A stretch of DNA of 64,000 nt from Chthoniobacteraceae bacterium (GTDB lineage: Bacteria > Verrucomicrobiota > Verrucomicrobiia > Chthoniobacterales > Chthoniobacteraceae), in the NCBI GenBank assembly GCA_037190965.1, contig JBBCKI010000019.1, positions 51,537-115,536 on the forward strand, read 5' to 3'. A model generated the notes under the pieces. It made no database searches. It saw nothing but the letters and a program-made list of their open reading frames with translations, and was not told where the DNA came from. The first letter of the stretch is position 1. Each line of letters opens with the position of its first letter. Of the stretch, positions 1 through 8,083 are shown in pieces. The position numbers were made by a program, and so were the translations under genes.

Positions 1-454
1 TATATTGGGCTTCTGCCTGCTCGGACTGCTTGTCGCGATCTTCCGCGGTGGGCCTACCCCCGGTGACGCTTACGAAGATCAACGTGCCGCAGAGCGGACC
101 AAGCGGCTTGCCGAGCTGCGCGAGGAAGCGCATGCGAAGCTTACGAAGTATGCGGTCGATAAGGAGAAGAAGACCGCACAGATCCCGATCGAGCGCGCCA
201 TGGAGCTGACGCTCAAGGATCTGGTTGCCAAGGGAATTTCCCCCAGTGCCGAGAAGGCCGAGATCGTCCCGAGCCTCTTGGTTCCTCCGTATCTGAAGCC
301 AGCCGTCGCAACCGAAGCTGCTCCGCAAGAAGCAGCGCCCGCTGCTTCGGCGGCTCCCATCCCTGCCGCTGCCGAACCGACGCCCGCCAGCCAGCCCAGC
401 CCGGCTGCCGAGCCCCAAACTCCCGCCACCCCGGCTGCTCCCAGCGAGAACTAG
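1..454 (+). CDS. ActG-like small membrane protein (alternative complex III accessory subunit-like), 5' truncated
   Basis: N-terminal hydrophobic stretch; LTKYAVDKEKKTAQIPIERAMEL resembles the ActG-type Y..VD....IPI.RAMEL motif; Pro/Ala-rich tail; frame open at the window edge. Confidence 0.55.
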   Translation, partial: ILGFCLLGLLVAIFRGGPTPGDAYEDQRAAERTKRLAELREEAHAKLTKYAVDKEKKTAQIPIERAMELTLKDLVAKGISPSAEKAEIVPSLLVPPYLKPAVATEAAPQEAAPAASAAPIPAAAEPTPASQPSPAAEPQTPATPAAPSEN

Positions 455-465
455 AATTTTTTTCA

Positions 466-1983
466 ATGAGCGTGCCTTCCACAGTTACTCGACAGTCCTC
501 CGGGAGAGAAGTGATCCCCGGCGAACTCGAACAGGTTGAACGGGCGTCAATCGATGCCTCCGCGCGGGTCCCCGTGCTAACCTTTTATGCCTCAGCGGTA
601 TTCTGGCTTCTGGTCCAGACCGTTCTCGGCGTGATCAACGCCGTCAAGGTCCAGTGGCCGGAGTTTCTCGACGGCTGCGCCTGGCTGACTTTTGGCCGAC
701 TCTTTCCGGTCCAGAACAGTCTGATGATTTACGGCTGGGCGAGCCTTGCCGGTATCGGCACCGCCCTCTGGATTCTTGCGCGCCTTTGCCGCGTTGCCCT
801 TCCGAAGCCGGCGATGCTGCTCACGGGAACGATGCTCTGGAACGTGGCGCTGATCGCGGGCTCCCTCGAGATCCTCGCCGGGAACGGACGCGGGTTGATT
901 TATCTGGAGTTTCCGAGGTACGTCTTCGGGCTTCTCTTCGTCGCCTATAGTATAGTGGCGGTGTGGGGAGTAATCCTGTTTTTCAATCGCCGCCCCGGGC
1001 ATATCTACATTTCCGCGTGGTATCTCATCGCGGCGCTCTTCTGGTTCCCTTGGCTCGTCGGTGGCACGAACCTTCTGCTCGGCTCCGGGCTTCCCGGTGC
1101 GGCCGGTGTTCAGGGGGTGATGCAGGCGATCGTCAATGCGTGGTTCGCACAGAACGTGATCAATCTCTGGTTGAGCGCGATTGGCTTGGGTGCCATTTAC
1201 TACCTTGTTCCGAAGGTGGTTGGCCGCCCGATTCATAGTTATCACCTTGCTTCTGTCGGTTTTTGGTCGTTCGCGATCTTCTCGGTCTGGACCGGCGGCC
1301 AGCGCCTTGCCGGTGGCCCTGTTCCTGCCTGGGTCATCACCGTGGGGATCGTCGCGGCGATCCTGATGCTCATCCCCGTCGCCACCGTGACGGCCAATTA
1401 CTTCATGACGATGAAGGGCAAGTTCAATCTTGTCTATCACAGCCCGACCATCCGGTTCGTGTTCTTCGGGGCCGTGGCTTACACGCTCGCCAATCTCGTG
1501 TTGGTGGCGGGTTCCTTCCGCAGCCTCAGCAACATCACCCAGTACACCTGGTTTACGGTGGGCAGCGATTACCTCTTCATCTACGGCTTCTACTCGATGG
1601 TGATGTTCGGGGCGATGTACTACATTATCCCGCGTCTGGTCGGCTGCGAATGGCTCTCCGCCAGTTTCATCAAGCTCCACTTCTGGGGCACCGCTTACGG
1701 ATGGGGAATGACCATCGCCATGCTGCTGCTGGCCGGTTACTCACAAGGGCAGATGCTGGCGAACGTGCATGAGGTTCATGCGACCAACGCCGGGGCTGAC
1801 TTCATGCTTTCGGTATCCGCAGCGTTGCCGTTCCTCCGTGGACGCAGCATCGCCCAGATCCTACTCTGCGTCGGCCAACTCTTCTTTGCCCTTAACTTCC
1901 TGCTGATGTTGCTGCGTCTTGGCCGTCCAAGCGGAGCCCAGCCCACCCTGTTCGCACCCATCCACGAAGGAGCCAAGTCGTGA
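466..1983 (+). CDS. cbb3-type oxidase subunit I (CcoN)-like membrane protein lacking the heme/CuB ligands
   Basis: CcoN-like segments WLTFGRL, HIYISAWY, YYLVPK...RPIHSY, YYIIPRL, LHFW; ligand His positions read Q, Q, QR and S/Y. Confidence 0.85.
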   Translation: MSVPSTVTRQSSGREVIPGELEQVERASIDASARVPVLTFYASAVFWLLVQTVLGVINAVKVQWPEFLDGCAWLTFGRLFPVQNSLMIYGWASLAGIGTALWILARLCRVALPKPAMLLTGTMLWNVALIAGSLEILAGNGRGLIYLEFPRYVFGLLFVAYSIVAVWGVILFFNRRPGHIYISAWYLIAALFWFPWLVGGTNLLLGSGLPGAAGVQGVMQAIVNAWFAQNVINLWLSAIGLGAIYYLVPKVVGRPIHSYHLASVGFWSFAIFSVWTGGQRLAGGPVPAWVITVGIVAAILMLIPVATVTANYFMTMKGKFNLVYHSPTIRFVFFGAVAYTLANLVLVAGSFRSLSNITQYTWFTVGSDYLFIYGFYSMVMFGAMYYIIPRLVGCEWLSASFIKLHFWGTAYGWGMTIAMLLLAGYSQGQMLANVHEVHATNAGADFMLSVSAALPFLRGRSIAQILLCVGQLFFALNFLLMLLRLGRPSGAQPTLFAPIHEGAKS

Positions 1984-2651
1984 AGCCTACGCCACTTCTT
2001 TTTGCCGGAATCTTTGCTTCGTTTGCCGCCGCCTGGCTTGGTCTGATCGTCGCGTCTGACACGCAGATCGGTAACCTCCAGCCGCAGGTTGACGAAGAGA
2101 ACGCCGATGTTTACCCGATCAACGTAGCCGGACTCGCCGAGCAAGGCCGCCGCGTCTACATTGCCAATGGTTGCAACTATTGCCACACGCAATTGGTTCG
2201 CGAACCCCATGCCGGCCCGGACATCGCGCGGGAATGGGGCACCCGCCGCACGGTTGCCCGGGACTACATTTACGAGAGCGGCGCTGTCATCGGGTTCATG
2301 CGAAACGGTCCGGATCTCGCCAACATCGGCGCTCCCAAGGCTGAGAATTCAAGACGGGGCTACGTCAATGATCCGAAGTGGCAGTACGCGCATCTTTACA
2401 ATCCGCGCGCGACCACCCCGGCTTCAAACATGCCCGCCTATCGCTATCTCTTCGAGAAGAGGAAGATTAGTGGCGAGCGCTCCGAGAACGCGCTGAACCT
2501 GACGGAAGCCGACGGAGTTGAGGCCGGTTACGAAATGGTCCCCAACAATGACGCCAAGGCGCTCGTCGCCTACCTCCTCTCTTTGGATAGGAGCCATCCC
2601 TTAAAAGAAGTCAAAGGAGCCGCGCCTGCCCCCGCCGCTGCTGCCAAGTGA
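1980..2651 (+). CDS. ccoO: cbb3-type subunit II (CcoO)-like monoheme cytochrome c
   Basis: N-terminal TM helix, GRRVY..NGCNYCHTQ, GPDL, HLYNPR, SNMPAY; start overlaps the upstream stop. Confidence 0.85.
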   Translation: MKPTPLLFAGIFASFAAAWLGLIVASDTQIGNLQPQVDEENADVYPINVAGLAEQGRRVYIANGCNYCHTQLVREPHAGPDIAREWGTRRTVARDYIYESGAVIGFMRNGPDLANIGAPKAENSRRGYVNDPKWQYAHLYNPRATTPASNMPAYRYLFEKRKISGERSENALNLTEADGVEAGYEMVPNNDAKALVAYLLSLDRSHPLKEVKGAAPAPAAAAK

Positions 2652-3370
2652 GCACGAAGAGCCCAGATCCTTTAATGCCCATGCAACCAGGAGAAGACGA
2701 AATTGATTATCGCGAAACGGCCGATGTGACGCGTGTCCACGGCGCAGTGAAGCGCGAGCACAAGGAACCGGAGGCGGGCATCGTCCCGGTGCCGGTCTGG
2801 TGGTTTGCCGTGGTCATCCTTGTGACCTTCGGAGCCGCCTTCTACTTCGGACAGTTCGGCGGCGGCTTCAGTGGGGAAGTCTTCAATGAACGCGAAGGTT
2901 CGCTGGCTGCCGGCGCGAAAGAAGGCGGTGCTGCCGCCGGGGCGGAAGCTGCCAAAGAGCAATCCCTCGCCGAGATCGGCAAAAAGGTTTTCAACCAGAA
3001 CTGCGCTTCCTGCCATCAGGCTAACGGGCTGGGGCTCCCCGGCACTTATCCTCCCTTGGCGGCATCGCACTGGGTCAGTGGTTCCACCAAGCGTCTGACG
3101 GCGCTCGTCCTTAAGGGGATGCAGGGGCCCGTTGTGATCGAAGGGAAGAGTTACAATGGAGCGATGCCCGCCTGGGGCCGCGACTTCAACGACAAGAAGA
3201 TGGCGGCCGTCCTGAGCTACATTCGCTCGGCCTGGGGCAACACGGCGGGAGAGATCACTCCCGAACAGGTCGCCGTGGTTCGGGCAGAGTTCGCCAGCCG
3301 GACAGAGTCATTCGCTCCGCCGGAGTTGGAAGCCATTACGGAGGATATCCCCGCGGTACCCGCCCCTTAA
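2648..3370 (+). CDS. Membrane-anchored monoheme cytochrome c
   Basis: PVPVWW TM anchor, CASCHQANG.G..G.YPPLA, YNGAMP, YIR.AWGN. Confidence 0.9.
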   Translation: MSTKSPDPLMPMQPGEDEIDYRETADVTRVHGAVKREHKEPEAGIVPVPVWWFAVVILVTFGAAFYFGQFGGGFSGEVFNEREGSLAAGAKEGGAAAGAEAAKEQSLAEIGKKVFNQNCASCHQANGLGLPGTYPPLAASHWVSGSTKRLTALVLKGMQGPVVIEGKSYNGAMPAWGRDFNDKKMAAVLSYIRSAWGNTAGEITPEQVAVVRAEFASRTESFAPPELEAITEDIPAVPAP

Positions 3371-3373
3371 ATC

Positions 3374-3401
3374 TTGCCATAATTAGTAGAATTTATATAA
3401 T
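3374..3401 (+). promoter_or_regulatory. sigma70-type promoter upstream of coxA
   Basis: TTGCCA-N16-TATAAT in an AT-rich patch immediately after the cytochrome c stop. Confidence 0.6.
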
Positions 3402-3572
3402 CCCTGAAACCCCAGCCATCCCGGCGTCTTCTGCGCGGTATTCTGCAGCAAAAGCTCTCTCTTGAGCGAGCGTCTGGACGGCGTAAGTTCGCCCCGTCGA
3501 ATTTGCTGCGGTCCTCAAAAGACCGCGGGTTTCACACATTTCAGCGTCGCCAAAGCCTCAGCAATCACACCC

Positions 3573-5384
3573 ATGGAAATCTCAACGCACTCTTCGCACT
3601 CCGGTGCGGGACATGATGATGGTCATCACGACCATCACGAGCTCGGCTTTTGGAGCAAATATGTCTTCTCCACCGATCACAAGGTGATCGGTATCCAGTA
3701 CGGGCTCTCCGGGCTTCTTTTCCTGTTCCTCGGCTTCTGCTTGATGATGCTGATGCGATGGCAGCTTGCCTACCCAGGCCAGGCACTTCCGTATTTTGGG
3801 GCCGTTCTTGCCAAGGTGTTTCCTCAAGAAATGCCCAACGGCATCATGACGCCGGACTTCTATAACTCCCTCGGCGCCATGCACGGGACGATCATGGTCT
3901 TCCTCGGCATCGTTCCTGTCTCCTTCGCGGCGTTCGGTAACTATGTCGTCCCGCTCCAGATCGGCGCACCCGACATGGCGTTCCCCAAGCTGAACATGGC
4001 AAGCTTCTGGGTATTCTTTATCGGCGGCGTCATCATGCTCATCAGCTTCTTCGTTCCCGGCGGAGCGGCGAAGAGCGGCTGGACCTCCTATCCTCCTCTT
4101 GCCAACATTGCGGACACCGGCCCCGCGTTCCACCACATCTGGAACGGCCAGACGCTCTGGTTGATGGGCATGGTCTTCCTGATCACCTCCTCGCTGCTTG
4201 GCTCGGTGAACATCATTACCACGGTGATCCAGCTTCGCGCTCCCGGGTTGACCTGGATGCGCCTCCCGTTCTTCACCTGGGCGATCCTGGTGACCTCCTA
4301 TATTCTCCTCCTCGCGTTTCCTCCGCTTGAAGCCGCCGGCATCATGCAGTTGATGGATCGTGTCGCAGGTACCTCGTTCTTCAGTCCGAACGGCTTGATC
4401 GTCAGCAGCCTCGGTGGCCAGCTCGACATCAGCGGTGGCGGCAGCCCGCTTCTGTGGCAGCACCTCTTCTGGTTCCTCGCGCACCCGGAAGTTTACGTTC
4501 TTATTCTTCCCGCGCTAGGAATTGTGGCCGAAGTTATCGCCAACAACACCCGCAAGCCGCTCTGGGGCTACAAGGCGATGGTCTTCTCCGCCCTTTTCCT
4601 CGGGTTCCTCTCGTTCCTTGTCTGGGCGCACCACATGTATCTCACGGGCATGGGTACCAAGGTGAGCGCTTTCTTCCAGACGACCACCATCATGATTTCG
4701 GTGCCGTCGGTCATTATTCTCACGGCGCTTCTGATCTCGCTCTGGGGAGGGTCCATCCGTTTCACCACGCCGATGCTCTTCGCGACGGCGTTCCTCCCGA
4801 TGTTCGGCATCGGCGGTCTGACGGGTCTGCCCCTGGCGTTCAACTCGCTGGACGCCTACCTCCACGACACCTACTACATCATCGGTCACTTTCACTATAT
4901 CGTCGCGCCCGGTACGATCTTCGGCATCTTCGCAGGGGTCTACTACTGGTATCCCAAGATGACGGGCCGCACGATGAGCGACACGCTCGGTAAGCTCCAC
5001 TTCTGGGGTTCGCTCATTACGATCAACGGCATCTTCTTCCCGATGTTCCTCCAGGGTATGGCGGGGATGCACCGCCGCTGGTATGACGGCGGCCATGTTT
5101 ACGAACAGATCAGCGGGCCGATGCTCCACTGGAACAGCTTCATGTCCTGGTCGGCATGGTTGCTTGGCATTGTTCAGATCTTCTTCATCATCAACGTCTT
5201 CTGGAGCATCCGGAATGGCCGCAAGGTGAACACGAATCCCTGGGATGCGACGACCCTCGACTGGAGCACTCCGTCGCCCCCTCCTCACGGCAACTTCGAC
5301 AAGCCGGTTACGGTTTATCGTGGGCCGTATGAATACAGCGTCCCCGGTGCCGCTAAGGATTTCTCTCCCCAGGCAGAAGCATAA
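3573..5384 (+). CDS. coxA: Cytochrome c oxidase subunit I, A-family (A1)
   Basis: STDHK, MHGTIM, GAPDMAFP, WFLAHPEVY, WAHHM, LHDTYY, GHFHY, GMHRR; ATG 3573 preferred over TTG 3462. Confidence 0.97.
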   Translation: MEISTHSSHSGAGHDDGHHDHHELGFWSKYVFSTDHKVIGIQYGLSGLLFLFLGFCLMMLMRWQLAYPGQALPYFGAVLAKVFPQEMPNGIMTPDFYNSLGAMHGTIMVFLGIVPVSFAAFGNYVVPLQIGAPDMAFPKLNMASFWVFFIGGVIMLISFFVPGGAAKSGWTSYPPLANIADTGPAFHHIWNGQTLWLMGMVFLITSSLLGSVNIITTVIQLRAPGLTWMRLPFFTWAILVTSYILLLAFPPLEAAGIMQLMDRVAGTSFFSPNGLIVSSLGGQLDISGGGSPLLWQHLFWFLAHPEVYVLILPALGIVAEVIANNTRKPLWGYKAMVFSALFLGFLSFLVWAHHMYLTGMGTKVSAFFQTTTIMISVPSVIILTALLISLWGGSIRFTTPMLFATAFLPMFGIGGLTGLPLAFNSLDAYLHDTYYIIGHFHYIVAPGTIFGIFAGVYYWYPKMTGRTMSDTLGKLHFWGSLITINGIFFPMFLQGMAGMHRRWYDGGHVYEQISGPMLHWNSFMSWSAWLLGIVQIFFIINVFWSIRNGRKVNTNPWDATTLDWSTPSPPPHGNFDKPVTVYRGPYEYSVPGAAKDFSPQAEA

Positions 5385-5395
5385 TTTTCTCTACA

Positions 5396-6271
5396 ATGGA
5401 AATTCCATATACAGTCAAGCCGAGGCCGGACACGGGTCTCTGGAATGCGAAGATCGGCATCTGGCTCTTCCTCGCCTCGGAAGTGATGCTCTTCGGCGGT
5501 CTCTTTTCGGCATACATTTTCCTGCGTCTCGGCGCGGAACCGGGTTATTGGCCCAAGGGTCTTTTGAACGTTCCGGTCGGCACCATCAATACGGCCATCC
5601 TGATCGCCTCTTCGGTCAGCGTGGTTTTTGCCTGGGCGGCGCTCAAGATGCGGAACTTCAAGCGGTATCGCCTCTGCATGATGTTCACCCTGTTGTGCGG
5701 GGTGGTCTTCCTCGGGGTGAAGCTCGGTTACGAGTGGCCCGCCAAGTACCATCATTTCGGCGCTTTCATCAAACCGGAAGCCCGTGCCAAGTACGAAGAG
5801 TTCCTGGGCAACGAGCACCTGGCTGCGAAGGGGTTGCACCCCCGTGTCGAAATTAGCGGACACCTGGAGAACCACGACGCCCTGCATGACAAGGAGATCA
5901 AGGAATACCACATCCGGCTGGATGCGGTGAACGCGGACCCGACCTCTCCCGCCAACGATCACCCGCACTTCTGGCCTCGCCCGATGTCGGACAAGGTGGC
6001 GCACGTCGCGAAGGAAGACGTCCAGTGGGCAAGCATGTTCCTGCCCAAACACAGCACTTACTTTGCCGTATACTACACGATCACCGGTCTGCACGGGTTG
6101 CACGTCTTGGGCGGTCTGGTCATGTTTGCGTACTTCCTGCTTCCGGTCAGCACGCGCCTTTACCAGAAGGATCCCGATCATCTGGCGAACCGGATCGAAG
6201 TGGTGGGACTTTTCTGGCACTTCGTCGACCTCGTCTGGATTTTCGTTTTCCCGCTGTTCTATCTCCTCTAG
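5396..6271 (+). CDS. coxC: Cytochrome c oxidase subunit III with a long hydrophilic insertion
   Basis: WLFLASEVMLFGGLF, TGLHGLHV, GLFWHFVDLVW. Confidence 0.95.
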   Translation: MEIPYTVKPRPDTGLWNAKIGIWLFLASEVMLFGGLFSAYIFLRLGAEPGYWPKGLLNVPVGTINTAILIASSVSVVFAWAALKMRNFKRYRLCMMFTLLCGVVFLGVKLGYEWPAKYHHFGAFIKPEARAKYEEFLGNEHLAAKGLHPRVEISGHLENHDALHDKEIKEYHIRLDAVNADPTSPANDHPHFWPRPMSDKVAHVAKEDVQWASMFLPKHSTYFAVYYTITGLHGLHVLGGLVMFAYFLLPVSTRLYQKDPDHLANRIEVVGLFWHFVDLVWIFVFPLFYLL

Positions 6272-6290
6272 CCGATTTTAATCCATCTCT

Positions 6291-6644
6291 ATGAGCGATC
6301 CTCATCAACACGGCTCTCCCGCTACCGCGGCCGATCACCCGGTTCCGCATGACGCCGCGCATTTCCACGACCATTCCAAGCTTTACCTCGGGGTTGGGGC
6401 AGCCCTGCTGGTCCTGACGGCGGCCACGGTCGGACTGTCGTATGTTCATTTCGGCTCCGAAGAAATGAACATTCTGATCGGCATGCTCCTCGCGACCTTC
6501 AAGGCCTCGCTGGTGGCGTTGATTTTCATGCACCTCAAGGAAGAAAAGATGACCATTTACCAGTTCATGCTCGCGACGATGGTGTTCGTCACCGGGCTGT
6601 TCCTTTTGACGCTCCTGGCGTTCAAAGATCACATCGTCCTCTGA
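6291..6644 (+). CDS. Cytochrome c oxidase subunit IV (CtaF/COX4_pro-like)
   Basis: Three TM helices, KASLVALIFMHL motif. Confidence 0.9.
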   Translation: MSDPHQHGSPATAADHPVPHDAAHFHDHSKLYLGVGAALLVLTAATVGLSYVHFGSEEMNILIGMLLATFKASLVALIFMHLKEEKMTIYQFMLATMVFVTGLFLLTLLAFKDHIVL

Positions 6645-6689
6645 TCTCACCCACGAATCACGGAACCAAACCAAAGAAGAACCCATTTT

Positions 6690-6893
6690 ATGTCACTTCG
6701 CGGAGTTCATATCCTCTTCATCCTCCTCAGTGTCCTGCTCTCGTTCCTGCTGGCAGCTTTCGAGCTGACAGTATACCGGCAGGGTCACGCGTTGGTTGAC
6801 GGGGTGGTCGCTTCGCTCTCGGCTGCAATTGGGTTGGGTCTCGCGGCTTACGGAATCTGGTTCATCCGGAAATCGGGGAAATCCACCGTATGA
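6690..6893 (+). CDS. Small two-TM membrane protein
   Basis: 67 aa, MSLRGVHILFI start, two hydrophobic helices, inside the cox operon and overlapping the next ORF. Confidence 0.7.
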   Translation: MSLRGVHILFILLSVLLSFLLAAFELTVYRQGHALVDGVVASLSAAIGLGLAAYGIWFIRKSGKSTV

Positions 6894-7165
6894 ACCGCCC
6901 TCTGAACATCACGCTTCCTGCCCTTCTGATTTCCATATCGATGAAGGGGAACGCCCTTGCCTGCGCGGTATGCACCGGCTCGGCCGATGCTCCTATCGCC
7001 CCGGCGATGAACGCGTCGATGGTGTTTCTTCTCGCTGCCATCGCGGTTGTCGGCAGCATGTTTTTCGGTTTTTTAATCTATCTTGCCCGGCGGGACGGCC
7101 TGCCTGCAAACGTTAATCAAGAACTCTCCGGGGAGATGGAATCCCCTATCTCTCAACAAAGCTGA
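6890..7165 (+). CDS. Small membrane protein with signal-like N-terminus and CxxC (CAVC) motif
   Basis: ALA-CAVC then one TM helix; coupled to the upstream ORF; stop 1 nt before the coxB ATG. Confidence 0.7.
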   Translation: MNRPLNITLPALLISISMKGNALACAVCTGSADAPIAPAMNASMVFLLAAIAVVGSMFFGFLIYLARRDGLPANVNQELSGEMESPISQQS

Positions 7166-7166
7166 T

Positions 7167-7982
7167 ATGTTGAATAAATTGTTAGGAATGCCCCTGAATG
7201 CTTCCGAGCACGGGTTTCAAGTCGACCAGATGCTCGAGTTTGTGCACTGGATCATGCTGGTGCTCTTCGTCGGGTGGTCGACATTCTTCATCTTTACTTT
7301 GATCCGCTTCCACAAGTCGCGGAACCCGAAGGCGGATTACCACGGCGTAAAATCCAAGGCTTCCACTCACATCGAGTTCATGGTGGTGCTGGTGGAGTCG
7401 GTCTTTCTGCTCGGGTTCGGTATTCCCCTGTGGGGCAAGCGAGTTAATGGACCAAAGCCGGAAGGAGGCGACGTGGAACGTGTCCGCGTGGTCGCCGAGC
7501 AGTACAAGTGGAACTTTCATTATCCCGGCGCAGACGGGGTGATCGGCCGCCGGAAGACTGAACTCGTGAGTGCTTCGAACCCTGTAGGGCTCGACTACAC
7601 GGATCCTGCCGCGAAGGACGATATTGTGACCGCCAACGAGATGCACCTCCCGGTCAACAAAGATGTCATCCTGGAGATCAGCTCCAAGGACGTCATTCAT
7701 AGCCTTTCGCTCCAGTTCATGCGCATCGGCCAGGACGCGACGCCCGGCCTGGTGAGCCCCATCTGGTTCAAGCCGGTCAGGACCGGCGAGTTCGAGATCA
7801 TCTGCGGCCAGCTTTGCGGTTACGGTCACTACCTCATGCGCGGAAACATGGTCATTGATTCCGCCGAGGATTATCAGGCCTGGTTGAAGGAGAAGGCGGC
7901 AAATGCCGGCGCTCCTGCTGCACCGGCTGCCGGCGCCGCAACTCCTGCTCCTGCCGCCCCTCCCGCAGGGGCCGCGCACTAG
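7167..7982 (+). CDS. coxB: Cytochrome c oxidase subunit II (CuA), no fused cytochrome c
   Basis: Two TM helices, QYKWNFHY, DVIH, CGQLCGYGHYLM; ATG 7167. Confidence 0.95.
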   Translation: MLNKLLGMPLNASEHGFQVDQMLEFVHWIMLVLFVGWSTFFIFTLIRFHKSRNPKADYHGVKSKASTHIEFMVVLVESVFLLGFGIPLWGKRVNGPKPEGGDVERVRVVAEQYKWNFHYPGADGVIGRRKTELVSASNPVGLDYTDPAAKDDIVTANEMHLPVNKDVILEISSKDVIHSLSLQFMRIGQDATPGLVSPIWFKPVRTGEFEIICGQLCGYGHYLMRGNMVIDSAEDYQAWLKEKAANAGAPAAPAAGAATPAPAAPPAGAAH

Positions 7983-8083
7983 CGGCGGCGTCCACGATGT
8001 GGGGCGCCATAGTCGCCCCATCTTCCCACCAGGGGGGAGGCACCGCTTGCTTTCCGCGAAACGTGTTGAATTATTAGATCTCC

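Noticed and set aside
300..445. Pro/Ala-rich quasi-repeats here and at the ends of ccoO and coxB
   Set aside because: Low-complexity protein tails, not DNA repeat elements
466..1983. Calling this a functional cbb3 oxidase, an NO reductase or a pseudogene
   Set aside because: No metal ligands for catalysis, yet the ORF is intact, coupled and has normal codon usage
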